From Syntrophorhabdaceae bacterium (lineage in GTDB: Bacteria; Desulfobacterota; Syntrophorhabdia; Syntrophorhabdales; Syntrophorhabdaceae), in the NCBI GenBank assembly GCA_963665295.1, contig OY762209.1, positions 3,104,001-3,168,000 of the forward strand: DNA of 64,000 nt, given 5' to 3'. Shown one piece after another: positions 29,877 to 40,003 of the stretch (positions within the stretch are counted from its first letter, which is position 1; every line of letters starts with the position of its first letter). Under the pieces are notes generated by a model. It searched no databases and was not told the origin of the DNA. It saw nothing but the letters and a program-made list of their open reading frames with translations. A program made the position numbers and the translations under genes.

Positions 29877-30385
29877 TTTTTGTTACCGTGGGCAATTCTA
29901 TCAAAGGAGTCGAGTTCTATCGCCTTATCCGTAAGATAGATGAAATAGCGGGAGAATTGAAGGAAGAGGTGGTGGCCCAGATAGGCTTTATCGATGAGAC
30001 CCCGAAGAACATGAAATGGTTTAAATACCTCAACTTCATGGAGATACTTAAGTACTTCAGCGATGCGTCGCTCATAATAGGGCACAGTGGGGTAGGCACT
30101 GTGATAAACGCCATAGCGTACAAGAAGCCACTCATCCTCGTCCCCAGATCGAGCACCCATGGCGAGCACATAGATGATCACCAGATGGAGCTTGCCCGCC
30201 AACTGAGGGGCATGGAAGGCATATTCGTGGTAGACGACATTGAGGAGTTGAAGGCCACGATCCTCAAGGTGACGCACCTGATAGAGACAAAATCGGTGGA
30301 ACCCCGTTTTTCTCCGGAAAGGGACCGTCTCCTTTCATTCATCAGAGGCTTCGTGGCGGATCATAAAAGGAGCCTCAAGGGGTAA
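29873..30385 (+). CDS. PssE/Cps14G (Alg13-like, GT28 C-terminal) glycosyltransferase subunit
   Basis: 'MIFVTVG', 'IIGHSGVGT', 'VPR...GEHIDDHQ' motifs. Confidence 0.88.
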   Translation: MIFVTVGNSIKGVEFYRLIRKIDEIAGELKEEVVAQIGFIDETPKNMKWFKYLNFMEILKYFSDASLIIGHSGVGTVINAIAYKKPLILVPRSSTHGEHIDDHQMELARQLRGMEGIFVVDDIEELKATILKVTHLIETKSVEPRFSPERDRLLSFIRGFVADHKRSLKG

Positions 30386-30460
30386 ACCTGAAAACCGGTT
30401 CTTACGTCCGTCCCATCTCGCCCATTGGCGTGAAGGGGATGGGAAGAGCGAAAGAGGGAC

Positions 30461-31054
30461 ATGAAGATAATCAATGCGCAATACCTGAAGGGTGTCACAG
30501 GTCCGGAAGGCCTTGAGGGCGAGCCCGGCCCCGAAGTATGTTTTGTGGGGCGGTCCAATGTAGGTAAGTCATCCATGATTAATGCCCTTGTTTCGCAAAA
30601 GGTGGCGAAGACCAGTTCCACGCCGGGTGCGACGAGGCTGATCAACCTTTACAAGGTGCAGTATGAGCTTGGGGGAAGCAGGAGATCCATGATTTTTTCC
30701 GATTTTCCCGGGTTCGGCTACGCGAAGGTATCCAAGCAGATGTATAAAGGCTGGGAAGGGATGATCGAGACGTACGTGTCGGAAAACACCCGCATCGATA
30801 AACTCATATGGGTTTATGATGTGAGGAGAGATATCGACAACCTCGACAAGACGCTTATCGACTGGATCTTTTCGCTACGGCTGGACTTTGCCGTGGTCCT
30901 TACGAAGGCCGACAAGGAAACGCGGAGCAATGTGTCTCAGAAGAGAAGGCTTTTTTCGGGGTATTTCGGCGACAGCCGGGTGTTGACGTTTTCTGCAAAG
31001 GACGGACATGGGAGAAGAGAACTCCTCTCCCACATCTTCAGTCCCGACGAATAA
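30461..31054 (+). CDS. engB: Ribosome biogenesis GTPase YihA/YsxC
   Basis: 'GRSNVGKSSMIN', 'TSSTPGAT', 'DFPGFGYAKVS', 'TKADK'. Confidence 0.95.
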   Translation: MKIINAQYLKGVTGPEGLEGEPGPEVCFVGRSNVGKSSMINALVSQKVAKTSSTPGATRLINLYKVQYELGGSRRSMIFSDFPGFGYAKVSKQMYKGWEGMIETYVSENTRIDKLIWVYDVRRDIDNLDKTLIDWIFSLRLDFAVVLTKADKETRSNVSQKRRLFSGYFGDSRVLTFSAKDGHGRRELLSHIFSPDE

Positions 31055-31058
31055 AATC

Positions 31059-31622
31059 TTATTTCTTGTCTTGCCTGAGGTCACTGAGGTTGAATATTGA
31101 TCTGAAGGCGTACCCCTTCGCCTCGACGGCCGCCTTGCCGCCTTCCAGCCGGTCAAGGAGGGCCACGATGCCCTTCACGTTGTATCCTTCTTTTTCCGTA
31201 ACTTCGATTGCTTTCAGCGAAGAACCGCCCGTGGTAACCACGTCCTCCAGGATGACCACGTTCATCCCCTTCTGAAGATTTTTGCCGCCTTCAACCCAAA
31301 GATTTTTTCCATGGCCCTTAGGCTCCTTTCTGATGAGGAAACCGAGAAGCCCGTCGTTGACTGCCTGGGCGGACAACACCACCGAGCACACAAGGGGGTC
31401 TCCTCCGATGCTCACGCCACCTACCGCGTCGATGCCCGGTATCTCTCTCACCATGCGGTACATGATCTTTCCCACAAGGTACATACCTTCGGGGTTGAGG
31501 GTGGTTTCTTTCGCGTCAATGTAATATGTACTTCGCTTGCCGCTGGTCAGGACAAAGTCGCCCTCTTCGTAGGACAACCCTTTCAATAATTCAAGTAACC
31601 GTTTTTCCTCGCTCATAATCAC
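31059..31622 (-). CDS. pyrE: Orotate phosphoribosyltransferase
   Basis: 'FVLTSGKRSTYYID', 'RKEPKGHG', 'ILEDVVTTGGS'. Confidence 0.96.
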   Translation of the reverse strand: MIMSEEKRLLELLKGLSYEEGDFVLTSGKRSTYYIDAKETTLNPEGMYLVGKIMYRMVREIPGIDAVGGVSIGGDPLVCSVVLSAQAVNDGLLGFLIRKEPKGHGKNLWVEGGKNLQKGMNVVILEDVVTTGGSSLKAIEVTEKEGYNVKGIVALLDRLEGGKAAVEAKGYAFRSIFNLSDLRQDKK

Positions 31623-33004
31623 CTCTTCACGAATAGTTCCATCTGTTCAAGCTCCATGCCCCACGGAAATCTCGACGGATACGCACCGGTGAAGCATGCG
31701 TCGCAGTATGTGTAATCCCCGTTGTCCAAAGCCCTTTTCATACCGTCCACAGTCAAATACTTGAGGGTGTCCGATTCCATGTACTCATTTATCTGTTCAG
31801 CGGTGTGGGAAGAGGCGATAAGCTCGCCCCTCGAAGGCGTGTCTATCCCGTAGAAGCAGGGGTACTCCGTAGGGGGAGAACTTACCCTGAAGTGCACTTC
31901 CTTGGCCCCGTACTGCCGCAGCATCTTGATGATTTTCCGTCCCGTGGTCGCCCTCACGATAGAATCGTCGATCACCACGATTCTTTTCCCCCGGACCAGA
32001 TCATGGACCGCGTTCAATTTAAGCTTTACGCCGAAGTGGCGGATCGATTCCTCCGGTTCAATGAAGGTCCTGCCCACATAATGGTTCCTTATGAGGCCCA
32101 GTTCAAAGGGTATTCCGGTTTCCTGCGAGTAACCTATGGCTGCGCCTATGCCTGAGTCGGGGATAGGTATGACCATGTCCGCGTCCACATGGGTGTCCCT
32201 CGCCAACTCCCGTCCGAGGGCCTTTCTTACCGTGTATACCGTCTTGCCGAACATGAAGCTGTCGGGCCTGGCAAAGTAAATGTACTCGAAGATGCAGTGC
32301 TTCCGGTTCACCTTTTTGAAAGGCGTATACGTTTTTACACCGTCCTCCGTGATATGGAGGATTTCACCCGGCTCGATCTCTCTTAAATATTCCGCTTCAA
32401 CGAGATCGAAGGCGCATGTTTCGCTGGAGACCACGTAAGAGTCCTTCAGTTTTCCCAGTACGAGAGGTCTGAACCCGTATGGGTCTCTCATGGCGATAAG
32501 TTCCCTGTCGGTCAGGACCAGCAGTGAATATGAGCCTTCCACTCTCCTCAGAGCGGCGATCAGCCTGTCCAGGGTCGAATTTTCGTGGGAAAGGGCCACG
32601 AGGTGGATAATCACTTCCGTGTCGGTCGATGACTGGAAGATAGAGCCGTAGTTCTCGAGCTCTTCTTTGATAATTTTCGCGTTGGTAAGGTTTCCGTTAT
32701 GGGCTACGGCGATGAACCCTTTCGAATACTCGACCATGAGAGGTTGTGCGTTGCCGATATTGCTCGATCCGGCGGTGGAATACCTCACATGGCCGATGGC
32801 CGAGTTACCGCGGAGCTGCTTCAGGACCGTTTCGTTGAAGATGTCGGACACAAGCCCCATTTGTCGATGGGAACGCATCGTCCCGCCGCTGTCAATGCTT
32901 GCGATCCCGGCGCTCTCCTGGCCCCTGTGCTGGAGCGCATGAAGACCCAGATACACAATGTTCGAGGCATCTTTATAATTGAAGACTCCGAATATACCAC
33001 ACAT
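31619..33004 (-). CDS. purF: Amidophosphoribosyltransferase
   Basis: N-terminal 'MCGIFG', 'LQHRGQESAG', 'GHVRYST', 'DDSIVRATT'. Confidence 0.97.
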   Translation of the reverse strand: MCGIFGVFNYKDASNIVYLGLHALQHRGQESAGIASIDSGGTMRSHRQMGLVSDIFNETVLKQLRGNSAIGHVRYSTAGSSNIGNAQPLMVEYSKGFIAVAHNGNLTNAKIIKEELENYGSIFQSSTDTEVIIHLVALSHENSTLDRLIAALRRVEGSYSLLVLTDRELIAMRDPYGFRPLVLGKLKDSYVVSSETCAFDLVEAEYLREIEPGEILHITEDGVKTYTPFKKVNRKHCIFEYIYFARPDSFMFGKTVYTVRKALGRELARDTHVDADMVIPIPDSGIGAAIGYSQETGIPFELGLIRNHYVGRTFIEPEESIRHFGVKLKLNAVHDLVRGKRIVVIDDSIVRATTGRKIIKMLRQYGAKEVHFRVSSPPTEYPCFYGIDTPSRGELIASSHTAEQINEYMESDTLKYLTVDGMKRALDNGDYTYCDACFTGAYPSRFPWGMELEQMELFVKR

Positions 33005-33005
33005 T

Positions 33006-33554
33006 TTAGTTACCTTCTTCTTGTTTTGTCAGTTCCTCTTCGAAAAAGCCGATAATATCGCTGTCCCGGAGGTAAAAGTTTATTTCTTTCAGAGATGTTT
33101 CGTGGACTGCCAGAAAACCCGTTATTTCCCTAACCATGACCTCGGCACACTGTTTCTTGGGAAAACCGAATATGCCCGCACTGATCGCAGGCAAGGAAAT
33201 GCTCCTAAAGCCTTTTTCCGTTGCGAGGGCCAGGGTGTTTACCACGGCATCCTGCAATTTCTTTACTTCATCCCCTTCGCCCCACCTCGGGCCCACAGCG
33301 TGAATCACATATCGCGCTTTCAAGCTCCCCCCTGATGTGAGAGCGCACCCGCCGGCGGGCACGTAACCGATCCGGTCGCTTTCTACCTGGATAATGTGCC
33401 CTCCTTTTCGTACTATGGCTCCCGCAACTCCCCCGCCGTGTTGCAGGTACGAGTTCGCGGCATTCACTATGGCGTCGGCGGTACTCTCCGTCAAGTCACC
33501 CTTGACCAGACGGATAACGATACCTTTTCTGGAAATGCTCTTGATTATGTCCAT
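33006..33554 (-). CDS. Macro domain (O-acetyl-ADP-ribose deacetylase / ADP-ribose-binding) protein
   Basis: 'GDLT', 'DAIVNAAN', 'HGGGVAGAI', 'VIHAVGP', 'PAISAGIFGFP'. Start taken at ATG 33554. Confidence 0.92.
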   Translation of the reverse strand: MDIIKSISRKGIVIRLVKGDLTESTADAIVNAANSYLQHGGGVAGAIVRKGGHIIQVESDRIGYVPAGGCALTSGGSLKARYVIHAVGPRWGEGDEVKKLQDAVVNTLALATEKGFRSISLPAISAGIFGFPKKQCAEVMVREITGFLAVHETSLKEINFYLRDSDIIGFFEEELTKQEEGN

Positions 33555-33924
33555 GAGATCAGGGACCCGCCAGGAGGACTCGCGTGGTTTCACCCTGCGA
33601 CCGGCAGGCCGGCGTTCCGGCCCCGTGGTATCCGTCCGCATGCAACATCGAAAAAGATGGACTCCTGTTTTTGTTGGTTGGCGGGATAATGGTTTTCATT
33701 GTTGTTCAGATCGCGTACCAATATTGTAATATAAATTTCAAAAATGCGAAAGAGAAAGATGCTCGACCTCGCCATAACCGGGGACGTGGGCCTCAAGAAA
33801 CAAATTGTCTTCACCGCGCGCATGGAGTAGAATTCACGTAAGTAAGGGCAAAGAGATTATGTTATGACAGTAATTGACCCTGATATGTGCCGGGGAAGAG
33901 CGCAAAATGCATAGGAGGTATGCA

Positions 33925-35358
33925 ATGGAGGAAGCGAGAAGGGCAAAGATAGTCTGCACCATCGGACCCGCGACAAGCAGTGAGAAGAACCTCGAGGAGT
34001 TGATCAGGAGCGGGATGAATGTGGCCCGACTGAATTTTTCCCATGGCGATCATGCTTCCCATGGAGAGGTGATCATGAAGATCAGAAAGGTGTCGCAGAA
34101 ACTGGGAAGACACGTGGCTATCCTTCAGGACCTTCAGGGCATAAAGATAAGGACAGGGCAGTTGGAGGGCGGAAAGGTGAAGCTCGTTCAGGGGGACGGG
34201 CTTGCCATTATGACCGGAGAAGGGAAGGGCACCAACAAGGTCATCTATATCCGATATCCGTCACTCATCGACGCCGCCAAGGTGAACGATACCATCCTCC
34301 TTGACGATGGGCTTATTCAACTCAGGGTTTCCGGGAAAGAGAAGGACAGACTCATGACCACCATTGTCGAGGGGGGTGTCCTGAAGGAGGGGAAGGGGGT
34401 AAACCTGCCCGGGATGAAGCTTCGGGGGACATCGTTTACGGACAAGGACAAGCTGGATCTTGAATTCGGTCTGAAGATGGGGGTCGATTACGTGGCGCTC
34501 TCCTTTGTGAGGACCGTGAAGGATGTGCGTGCAGCAAAGAGCTGGCTTGCAAAGAAGGGGGTCTCCGTTCCACTTGTTGCGAAAATAGAAAAAGCAGAGG
34601 CCATTGAGGACATAGACAGGATACTGGACGAAGTCGAGGGGATCATGGTGGCACGGGGAGACCTTGGGGTTGAGATTCCCCTGGAGCAGGTGCCCATGTA
34701 CCAGAAGATGCTCATTGAAAAAGCAGGCAGGAGGAGGCGTCTGGTCATTACGGCGACTCAGATGCTTGAATCCATGACAGTGCACGAGAGGCCCACGAGG
34801 GCGGAGGCGACGGATGTGGCGAACGCAGTCATTGACGGGACCGATGCACTCATGCTCTCGGAAGAGACCGCATCAGGAAAGTACCCGGTGCAGGCCGTGC
34901 GGATAATGGACAGAATTATCCGTTACACCGAAGCGTCGATCCGTATTCCCTCCCGTTCCCATCAGCCAAGGGATTGGCATGAGGGGACCCTCGAGTTTCC
35001 CGAAGCGGTTGCCCATGCGGCGTCCCATGCGGCTCTGGAAACGGGAGCACGCTATATTGTCGCTTTTACGGGGTCAGGGTTCACGGCGCGGCTCATATCG
35101 AAATACAGACCCCTGACACCGATATTGGCCTTCTCTCCCGACGAGAAGGTAGTACAAAGGATGTCCCTCTATTGGAGCGTTCTCGCTCAAAGCACCGAAA
35201 GGTTGGCAGATACCGATCACCTCGTTAAAAAGATCGACCGTATGCTGATTGACCCCGGATACGTGAACGCCGGCGACACAGTGGTCGTTGTGGCGAGCGT
35301 ACCTCTTCTTGAGGGCGGTGAAACGAACTTTATGAAAATCCATGTAGTGCAAGGGTAG
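33925..35358 (+). CDS. pyk: Pyruvate kinase
   Basis: 'KIVCTIGPA', 'ARLNFSHG', 'MVARGDLGVE', 'ATQMLESM', 'PTRAEATDVANA'; GGAGG upstream of ATG 33925. Confidence 0.97.
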   Translation: MEEARRAKIVCTIGPATSSEKNLEELIRSGMNVARLNFSHGDHASHGEVIMKIRKVSQKLGRHVAILQDLQGIKIRTGQLEGGKVKLVQGDGLAIMTGEGKGTNKVIYIRYPSLIDAAKVNDTILLDDGLIQLRVSGKEKDRLMTTIVEGGVLKEGKGVNLPGMKLRGTSFTDKDKLDLEFGLKMGVDYVALSFVRTVKDVRAAKSWLAKKGVSVPLVAKIEKAEAIEDIDRILDEVEGIMVARGDLGVEIPLEQVPMYQKMLIEKAGRRRRLVITATQMLESMTVHERPTRAEATDVANAVIDGTDALMLSEETASGKYPVQAVRIMDRIIRYTEASIRIPSRSHQPRDWHEGTLEFPEAVAHAASHAALETGARYIVAFTGSGFTARLISKYRPLTPILAFSPDEKVVQRMSLYWSVLAQSTERLADTDHLVKKIDRMLIDPGYVNAGDTVVVVASVPLLEGGETNFMKIHVVQG

Positions 35359-35403
35359 TGGGCGAAGGGATCAAAAGGGGTGTGTCGATGTTCGGATTTT
35401 CAC

Positions 35404-35457
35404 GAAATAGATGCACCCCGTACCTGAAGGGGGGGTGGCAGGGGTGCAGCCTATTTC
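35404..35457. terminator. Long hairpin between convergent pyk and response regulator
   Basis: GAAATAG-a-TGCACCCC...GGGGTGCA-gc-CTATTTC inverted repeat. Confidence 0.5.
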
Positions 35458-35678
35458 AGTGAGCGACCTCCCTCCCTTCTGAATACCAAATGCTGTGTCG
35501 GAGAGATTAGCCACAAAACCTTACTAAACGCTGAACGGTCAACTCCGTGCCGCGTATATATTCTTTTCACTCACGGATGTTCGTGACATTCTGCCGTGCA
35601 ACCGTCACTTATTCCGTACTCATGTTAATATATAACAAATCGGAGAAAAAGATGAAATAGGTTGATTTCTGACTTAAG

Positions 35679-35696
35679 TGTAAGTATTTTCCTACA
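35679..35696. promoter_or_regulatory. GacA/UvrY-box-like palindrome
   Basis: TGTAAG-TATTTT-CCTACA, one mismatch from TGTAAG-N6-CTTACA; lies right after a UvrY/NarL-type regulator gene. Confidence 0.5.
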
Positions 35697-35710
35697 AATA
35701 TTAAGGGCAC

Positions 35711-36340
35711 TCATTCGACGAGGAGATTCTTGATTGCATAATGGGTAATTTCCGCGTTGCTCTTGAAGTTCATCTTTTCCAGAATGCGGGAACGGTATGT
35801 GCTGATCGTCTTCACACTGAGCGCCATTTCCGTGGCTATATCGCTTAATCGCATGCCTCCGGCAATCATTAACATCACCTGATATTCGCGATTGGACAGA
35901 CGGAGGTGGGACGCCTTGCCGTCTGATTCGAGTTCGAAGGCCAGTCGCTCGGCAAGACTTGCGCTCACGTATTTTCCCCTGTTGAGTATCGTCCGGATGG
36001 CTTTCACCAGTTCCTCCGGGGCGCTCTCCTTGGTCAGGTATCCTGCGGCCCCTGTCCTCAGTGCCCGGACCGCGTACTGGTCCTCGGGGTGGATGCTGAG
36101 GACCAGTACCGGGAGCTTCGGATACTTCTGCTTCAAGTCCTTCAACACGTCGAGCCCGCTCTTCCCGGGCATTGTAATATCGAGAATCAGTATATCCCAT
36201 ACTCCCCTTTGCACGAGATCCAGCACCTCGTTGGCATCTCTCGCTTCGCCGGGAACGGCCATGTCCGGTTCGTCGGAAAGGATCTGCTTCAAGCCCCGAC
36301 GCACGATGGGGTGGTCATCGGCAATGAGAATTCTTATCAT
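35711..36340 (-). CDS. NarL/UvrY(GacA)-family two-component response regulator
   Basis: REC domain 'ILIADDHPIVRRGL...LDITMPG'; LuxR HTH 'LSNREYQV...LSVKTISTYRSRILEK'. Confidence 0.95.
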   Translation of the reverse strand: MIRILIADDHPIVRRGLKQILSDEPDMAVPGEARDANEVLDLVQRGVWDILILDITMPGKSGLDVLKDLKQKYPKLPVLVLSIHPEDQYAVRALRTGAAGYLTKESAPEELVKAIRTILNRGKYVSASLAERLAFELESDGKASHLRLSNREYQVMLMIAGGMRLSDIATEMALSVKTISTYRSRILEKMNFKSNAEITHYAIKNLLVE

Positions 36341-36361
36341 GAAACGCGCCTCCCTTGACTC

Positions 36362-37750
36362 CTATTCACCGAAATATGTGTCCTCTTCGACAGAGGGGAC
36401 CTTTCCATTCAATCTGGAAACAAACTGTTCTTTGTCCGTGGCGAAAAGAGGACTGATCTCCACCAGTATACCGGGCGGCACCTCGATACCCGCTTCTTCC
36501 AGCCAACGCCCGAAAAGGTTGCTCATGGCGAGACGGGCAGTGTAAGGCGAGTCGACCCCGTCGCCATTTTTCACGGGAGAGAATTCCTCCTCCCTTACCA
36601 CTTCCATGCAGCAGGTCTTTGTTGCGAGAGGGATGGCATCGAACACGAAGGTTTCGAACTTCCATCCTTCCATCTTCGTGACCGATCCTCCGGACCCCAG
36701 AGCCTCGACAGGTCTCGCGGCACGGTGGTATGGAAGGGCAAAACCATGAAGGTTCAGTCGTTCTATGAAGGAGAGATCGAGTATATGTATGGCCGTGTTT
36801 CCTCCCCAGTACAGGATTTTTCCGTCTGCGTCGACGGCCTGCATGTGCCGGCCGTCAAGGTCGCTGTACTCCAGGATCGCTTCTTTCCCGTCCACCGTCA
36901 CATAAACCCCCACTTTTTCTTCCACGTTCTTCCGTCTTACTACCTTCGTGCTCATTTCGGAACCTGCCATCCTGTGATAACCCAGGAATACGGGGTCAAC
37001 CATTTTCACGAGGGGGTTGTCCACCTGACAGTAGAAAAGCTGCGTAATGCCCCTTGCCGTCAGTTGTTTGAGAAGGCCCGAGTCGTGGATCCCCTTGAGG
37101 GACCCGCCGTGGCCATCGGGGTTCGTAAAAAAATGGGTCGTGTCCTTCAGTATGAGTTTGCCCTCGGGCGAGATGCTCGGCAGCATTCCCTGCTGGAAGA
37201 AAAAGACGTCGTGACGGTCGAGGCCGAAATACCGGCATGACTCGAAGTAAGCCCTCGTCTCCCGGTCATTCTGCTCCGAAGTCATCACCACAAGGGGGAT
37301 GCGCGCGCCATACCGGAGAGACATGGCTTTCAGGGATTCACAAAAAAGGCAGAACAATGTCTTGTTCCGTATCGGAGAAATGGGGAACGCGCCTTTCGGT
37401 CCGTCGAAACCGAGGCGGGATCCCTGACCTCCCGCGACGATCAAAACCGCAACCTTGTTCTCTCGAAGCAACGTTTCTCCGGTGCGACAAGCCTCCAGCC
37501 GGTCCTTCTCTCCTGCGGGGTCCTTCGGGATAGTGATGATGGGGGCAGGACCAATGGCTCCCACGGCGACAGGCGCTTTCTTTGCGCCTACGGCATCGCG
37601 GTAAAGAGAAAAGGTGAGGTCGAAATCCAAACCCTCCGACCCTTGGAGGAAACCCCGCCTCCCCTCGGGGGGGAGGGCGTGGTAGTGGTCCAGGATATGG
37701 TCCTGGTTGTATTTCCGGAGAAGGCTAAAAAGCTTTGCTTCTGTCATCAT
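36362..37750 (-). CDS. UDPGP type 1 family UTP-sugar-1-phosphate uridylyltransferase (UDP-GlcNAc pyrophosphorylase-like)
   Basis: 'AGGQGSRLGFDGPKG', 'PDGHGG', 'QVDNPL', 'EYSDL', 'KFETFVFDA', 'EFSPVKN'. Confidence 0.92.
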   Translation of the reverse strand: MMTEAKLFSLLRKYNQDHILDHYHALPPEGRRGFLQGSEGLDFDLTFSLYRDAVGAKKAPVAVGAIGPAPIITIPKDPAGEKDRLEACRTGETLLRENKVAVLIVAGGQGSRLGFDGPKGAFPISPIRNKTLFCLFCESLKAMSLRYGARIPLVVMTSEQNDRETRAYFESCRYFGLDRHDVFFFQQGMLPSISPEGKLILKDTTHFFTNPDGHGGSLKGIHDSGLLKQLTARGITQLFYCQVDNPLVKMVDPVFLGYHRMAGSEMSTKVVRRKNVEEKVGVYVTVDGKEAILEYSDLDGRHMQAVDADGKILYWGGNTAIHILDLSFIERLNLHGFALPYHRAARPVEALGSGGSVTKMEGWKFETFVFDAIPLATKTCCMEVVREEEFSPVKNGDGVDSPYTARLAMSNLFGRWLEEAGIEVPPGILVEISPLFATDKEQFVSRLNGKVPSVEEDTYFGE

Positions 37751-37985
37751 TCTGGACACCGGTCCTCAATGGAAGTGAGCCGGGAAGGCCACACCTTCAC
37801 GGTCTGAAGTATTTTTACCATGTTTGGGACAAATTTAAAAGGATACTGAAGAGTTCATTTAATGGCCGCCGCGGGACCGGCCCTATTCGACCCGGCATTA
37901 TTCGGCTTATTCCGCTTTTAGTCTTCCCTTTATGGCCGTTTTCCTATACAATTATATGATTGTACAGGCTTGAAAGGGGTGGAAA

Positions 37986-38522
37986 ATGCGTCGATTTATG
38001 TGCTTGTTTGTGGCTTTGTGGGGCATTGTTATTCCCATGTGGAGCGTATGTGATGCCTTTGGTGATCTGGGGGTGGATGTGGAGAGAGTTCCGAGCCAGG
38101 GGGATCAGGTGGATCAATGCAAGTATTGCGGGAAGATGATCACTCCGGGAAAGATCCACGGCGACGCCGAAGCCATCATGAAGAACCAACTCGAATCCGC
38201 CTTGACCGGGCGGGACATGGGGTACGTTGAAGGAAAGACCAAAACGCAGTATATTAATGTGCTTATCTACAAATACCAGGAGAGGCAGGGCGGAAACTAC
38301 GCAGTCGACAGACCGGCAGGTATCGGGTTTCACATGCATCTGATGAACAGAGGTGTGTTGAAGCGGGTTTTCGTATACGAGGAAGACCAGCAGGCATTGA
38401 TGGAAAACCTGTTCAGCATAGGTAAGTTTATGAGCCGGGGAGGCAAGTGGGTAACAGTGGAAAGATTGTCCAGTGATGGGATAGAAAAGGGGCTCGACAT
38501 GCTTCTTGAGGCAGTGGAATGA
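37986..38522 (+). CDS. Hypothetical exported protein, first gene of the his-recA-alaS run
   Basis: Hydrophobic N-terminus, CxxC; stop overlaps the hisA start. Confidence 0.7.
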   Translation: MRRFMCLFVALWGIVIPMWSVCDAFGDLGVDVERVPSQGDQVDQCKYCGKMITPGKIHGDAEAIMKNQLESALTGRDMGYVEGKTKTQYINVLIYKYQERQGGNYAVDRPAGIGFHMHLMNRGVLKRVFVYEEDQQALMENLFSIGKFMSRGGKWVTVERLSSDGIEKGLDMLLEAVE

Positions 38523-39223
38523 TCGCGCTTTTTGCCATGGATCTCATGGGTGGCAAGACTGTCCGCCTGATGAAAGGGGACTTTTCGAAGGTGACAGTAT
38601 ATAGTGAAGATCCCGTTTCCAAGATAGAAGAGATGATGGAAAGAGGGGCGAGAGACTTTCATATAATAGACCTGGACGGCGCCCGGACAGGTGATCCTCA
38701 CCATCGGGATATCATAAAAATGATAGGAATGAAGGTCCGGGGATATCTCGAAGTGGGCGGGGGCATACGCAGAAACGAAGATATAGAGTATTACACGCAG
38801 TGCGGGGCGAAGGGGGTCATAGTGGGCACCAGGGCCCTCGAGGATGAGCGGTTTTTTGAAGGATTGTCCGGGTTCGGGAATATTGTTCTCGGTCTTGACC
38901 TTCTCAACGGCAAGCCCATGGTAAGAGGGTGGAAGACTGCTCTCGACAGAGATATAAAGGAAATCCTCGAAGCGTCCGAGCGCATAGGCATTATGGCCAT
39001 ACTCTGTACGAGTGTCGCCAGGGATGGTATGCTCTCGGGGCCCGATTTCGAGGGATTGAAGGAAATGATGAAAATGACCCGCATACCGGTGATTGCAAGC
39101 GGCGGGGTTACCGGTATCGATGATGTAAAGCGATTGAAGGATATGGGTGCCTGGGCCACCATTCTCGGCAAGGCCGTCTATGAAGGCCTTATCAGCATAG
39201 AGGAGGCGGTGGCCGTATGCTGA
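38519..39223 (+). CDS. hisA: ProFAR isomerase HisA
   Basis: '[12 protein letters not shown]', 'HIIDLDGA', 'VGGGIR', 'RDGMLSGPD', 'IASGGV'. Confidence 0.95.
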   Translation: MIALFAMDLMGGKTVRLMKGDFSKVTVYSEDPVSKIEEMMERGARDFHIIDLDGARTGDPHHRDIIKMIGMKVRGYLEVGGGIRRNEDIEYYTQCGAKGVIVGTRALEDERFFEGLSGFGNIVLGLDLLNGKPMVRGWKTALDRDIKEILEASERIGIMAILCTSVARDGMLSGPDFEGLKEMMKMTRIPVIASGGVTGIDDVKRLKDMGAWATILGKAVYEGLISIEEAVAVC

Positions 39224-39972
39224 CGAAGAGAATAATACCATGCCTCGACGTGATGGAAGGCAGAGTGGTGAAAGGCATCAATTTCCTTGAGCTGAGGGAT
39301 GCGGGAGACCCGGTGACCAATGCCAAGACGTACGAGGAGCAGATGGCCGATGAACTCTGTTTCCTCGATATTACCGCCTCCCACGAAAGGAGAAAGACGA
39401 TCGTTAAAGTCGTCGAGAAGGTGGCCCATGAGGTTTTCATGCCCCTCACGGTAGGGGGCGGCATCAAATCCCTTGAGGATATAAGGGAGATATTGCTTGC
39501 AGGAGCCGATAAGGTAACGGTGAATACCACGGCCATCGAATCACCCGATTTTGTGCGGGAGGCGAGCGAAGTTTTCGGAAGCCAGTGCATATGCGTGGCG
39601 ATCGATGCAAAAAGGAACGGAAAGAGCTTTGAGGTCTATACCTACGGCGGAAGAAGACCCACAGGTGTCGATGCGGTGGAGTGGGCGAAAAGAGTGGAGA
39701 AACTTGGTGCGGGAGAGATCCTTCTTACCAGCATGGATAGGGACGGCACAAAAAGGGGATTCAATATAAAGCTTACCAGGACAATCTCCGAGGCGGTCAA
39801 CATACCGGTCATCGCATCGGGGGGTGTGGGCACCCTGGAGCATCTCTATGAGGGACTTGTGGAGGGCAAAGCCGATGCGGTCCTCGCGGCGTCCATATTC
39901 CATTACAGGGAGTTCACCGTCATGGATGCGAAAAAATATCTGAAAGACAGAGGGGTAAACGTAAGACTTTAG
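39217..39972 (+). CDS. hisF: Imidazole glycerol phosphate synthase subunit HisF
   Basis: 'KRIIPCLDV', 'FLDITAS', '[10 protein letters not shown]', 'LAASIFH'. Confidence 0.97.
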   Translation: MLTKRIIPCLDVMEGRVVKGINFLELRDAGDPVTNAKTYEEQMADELCFLDITASHERRKTIVKVVEKVAHEVFMPLTVGGGIKSLEDIREILLAGADKVTVNTTAIESPDFVREASEVFGSQCICVAIDAKRNGKSFEVYTYGGRRPTGVDAVEWAKRVEKLGAGEILLTSMDRDGTKRGFNIKLTRTISEAVNIPVIASGGVGTLEHLYEGLVEGKADAVLAASIFHYREFTVMDAKKYLKDRGVNVRL

Positions 39973-40003
39973 TCGAAACGTGACCCGGGATAGGTGAGAG
40001 ATA

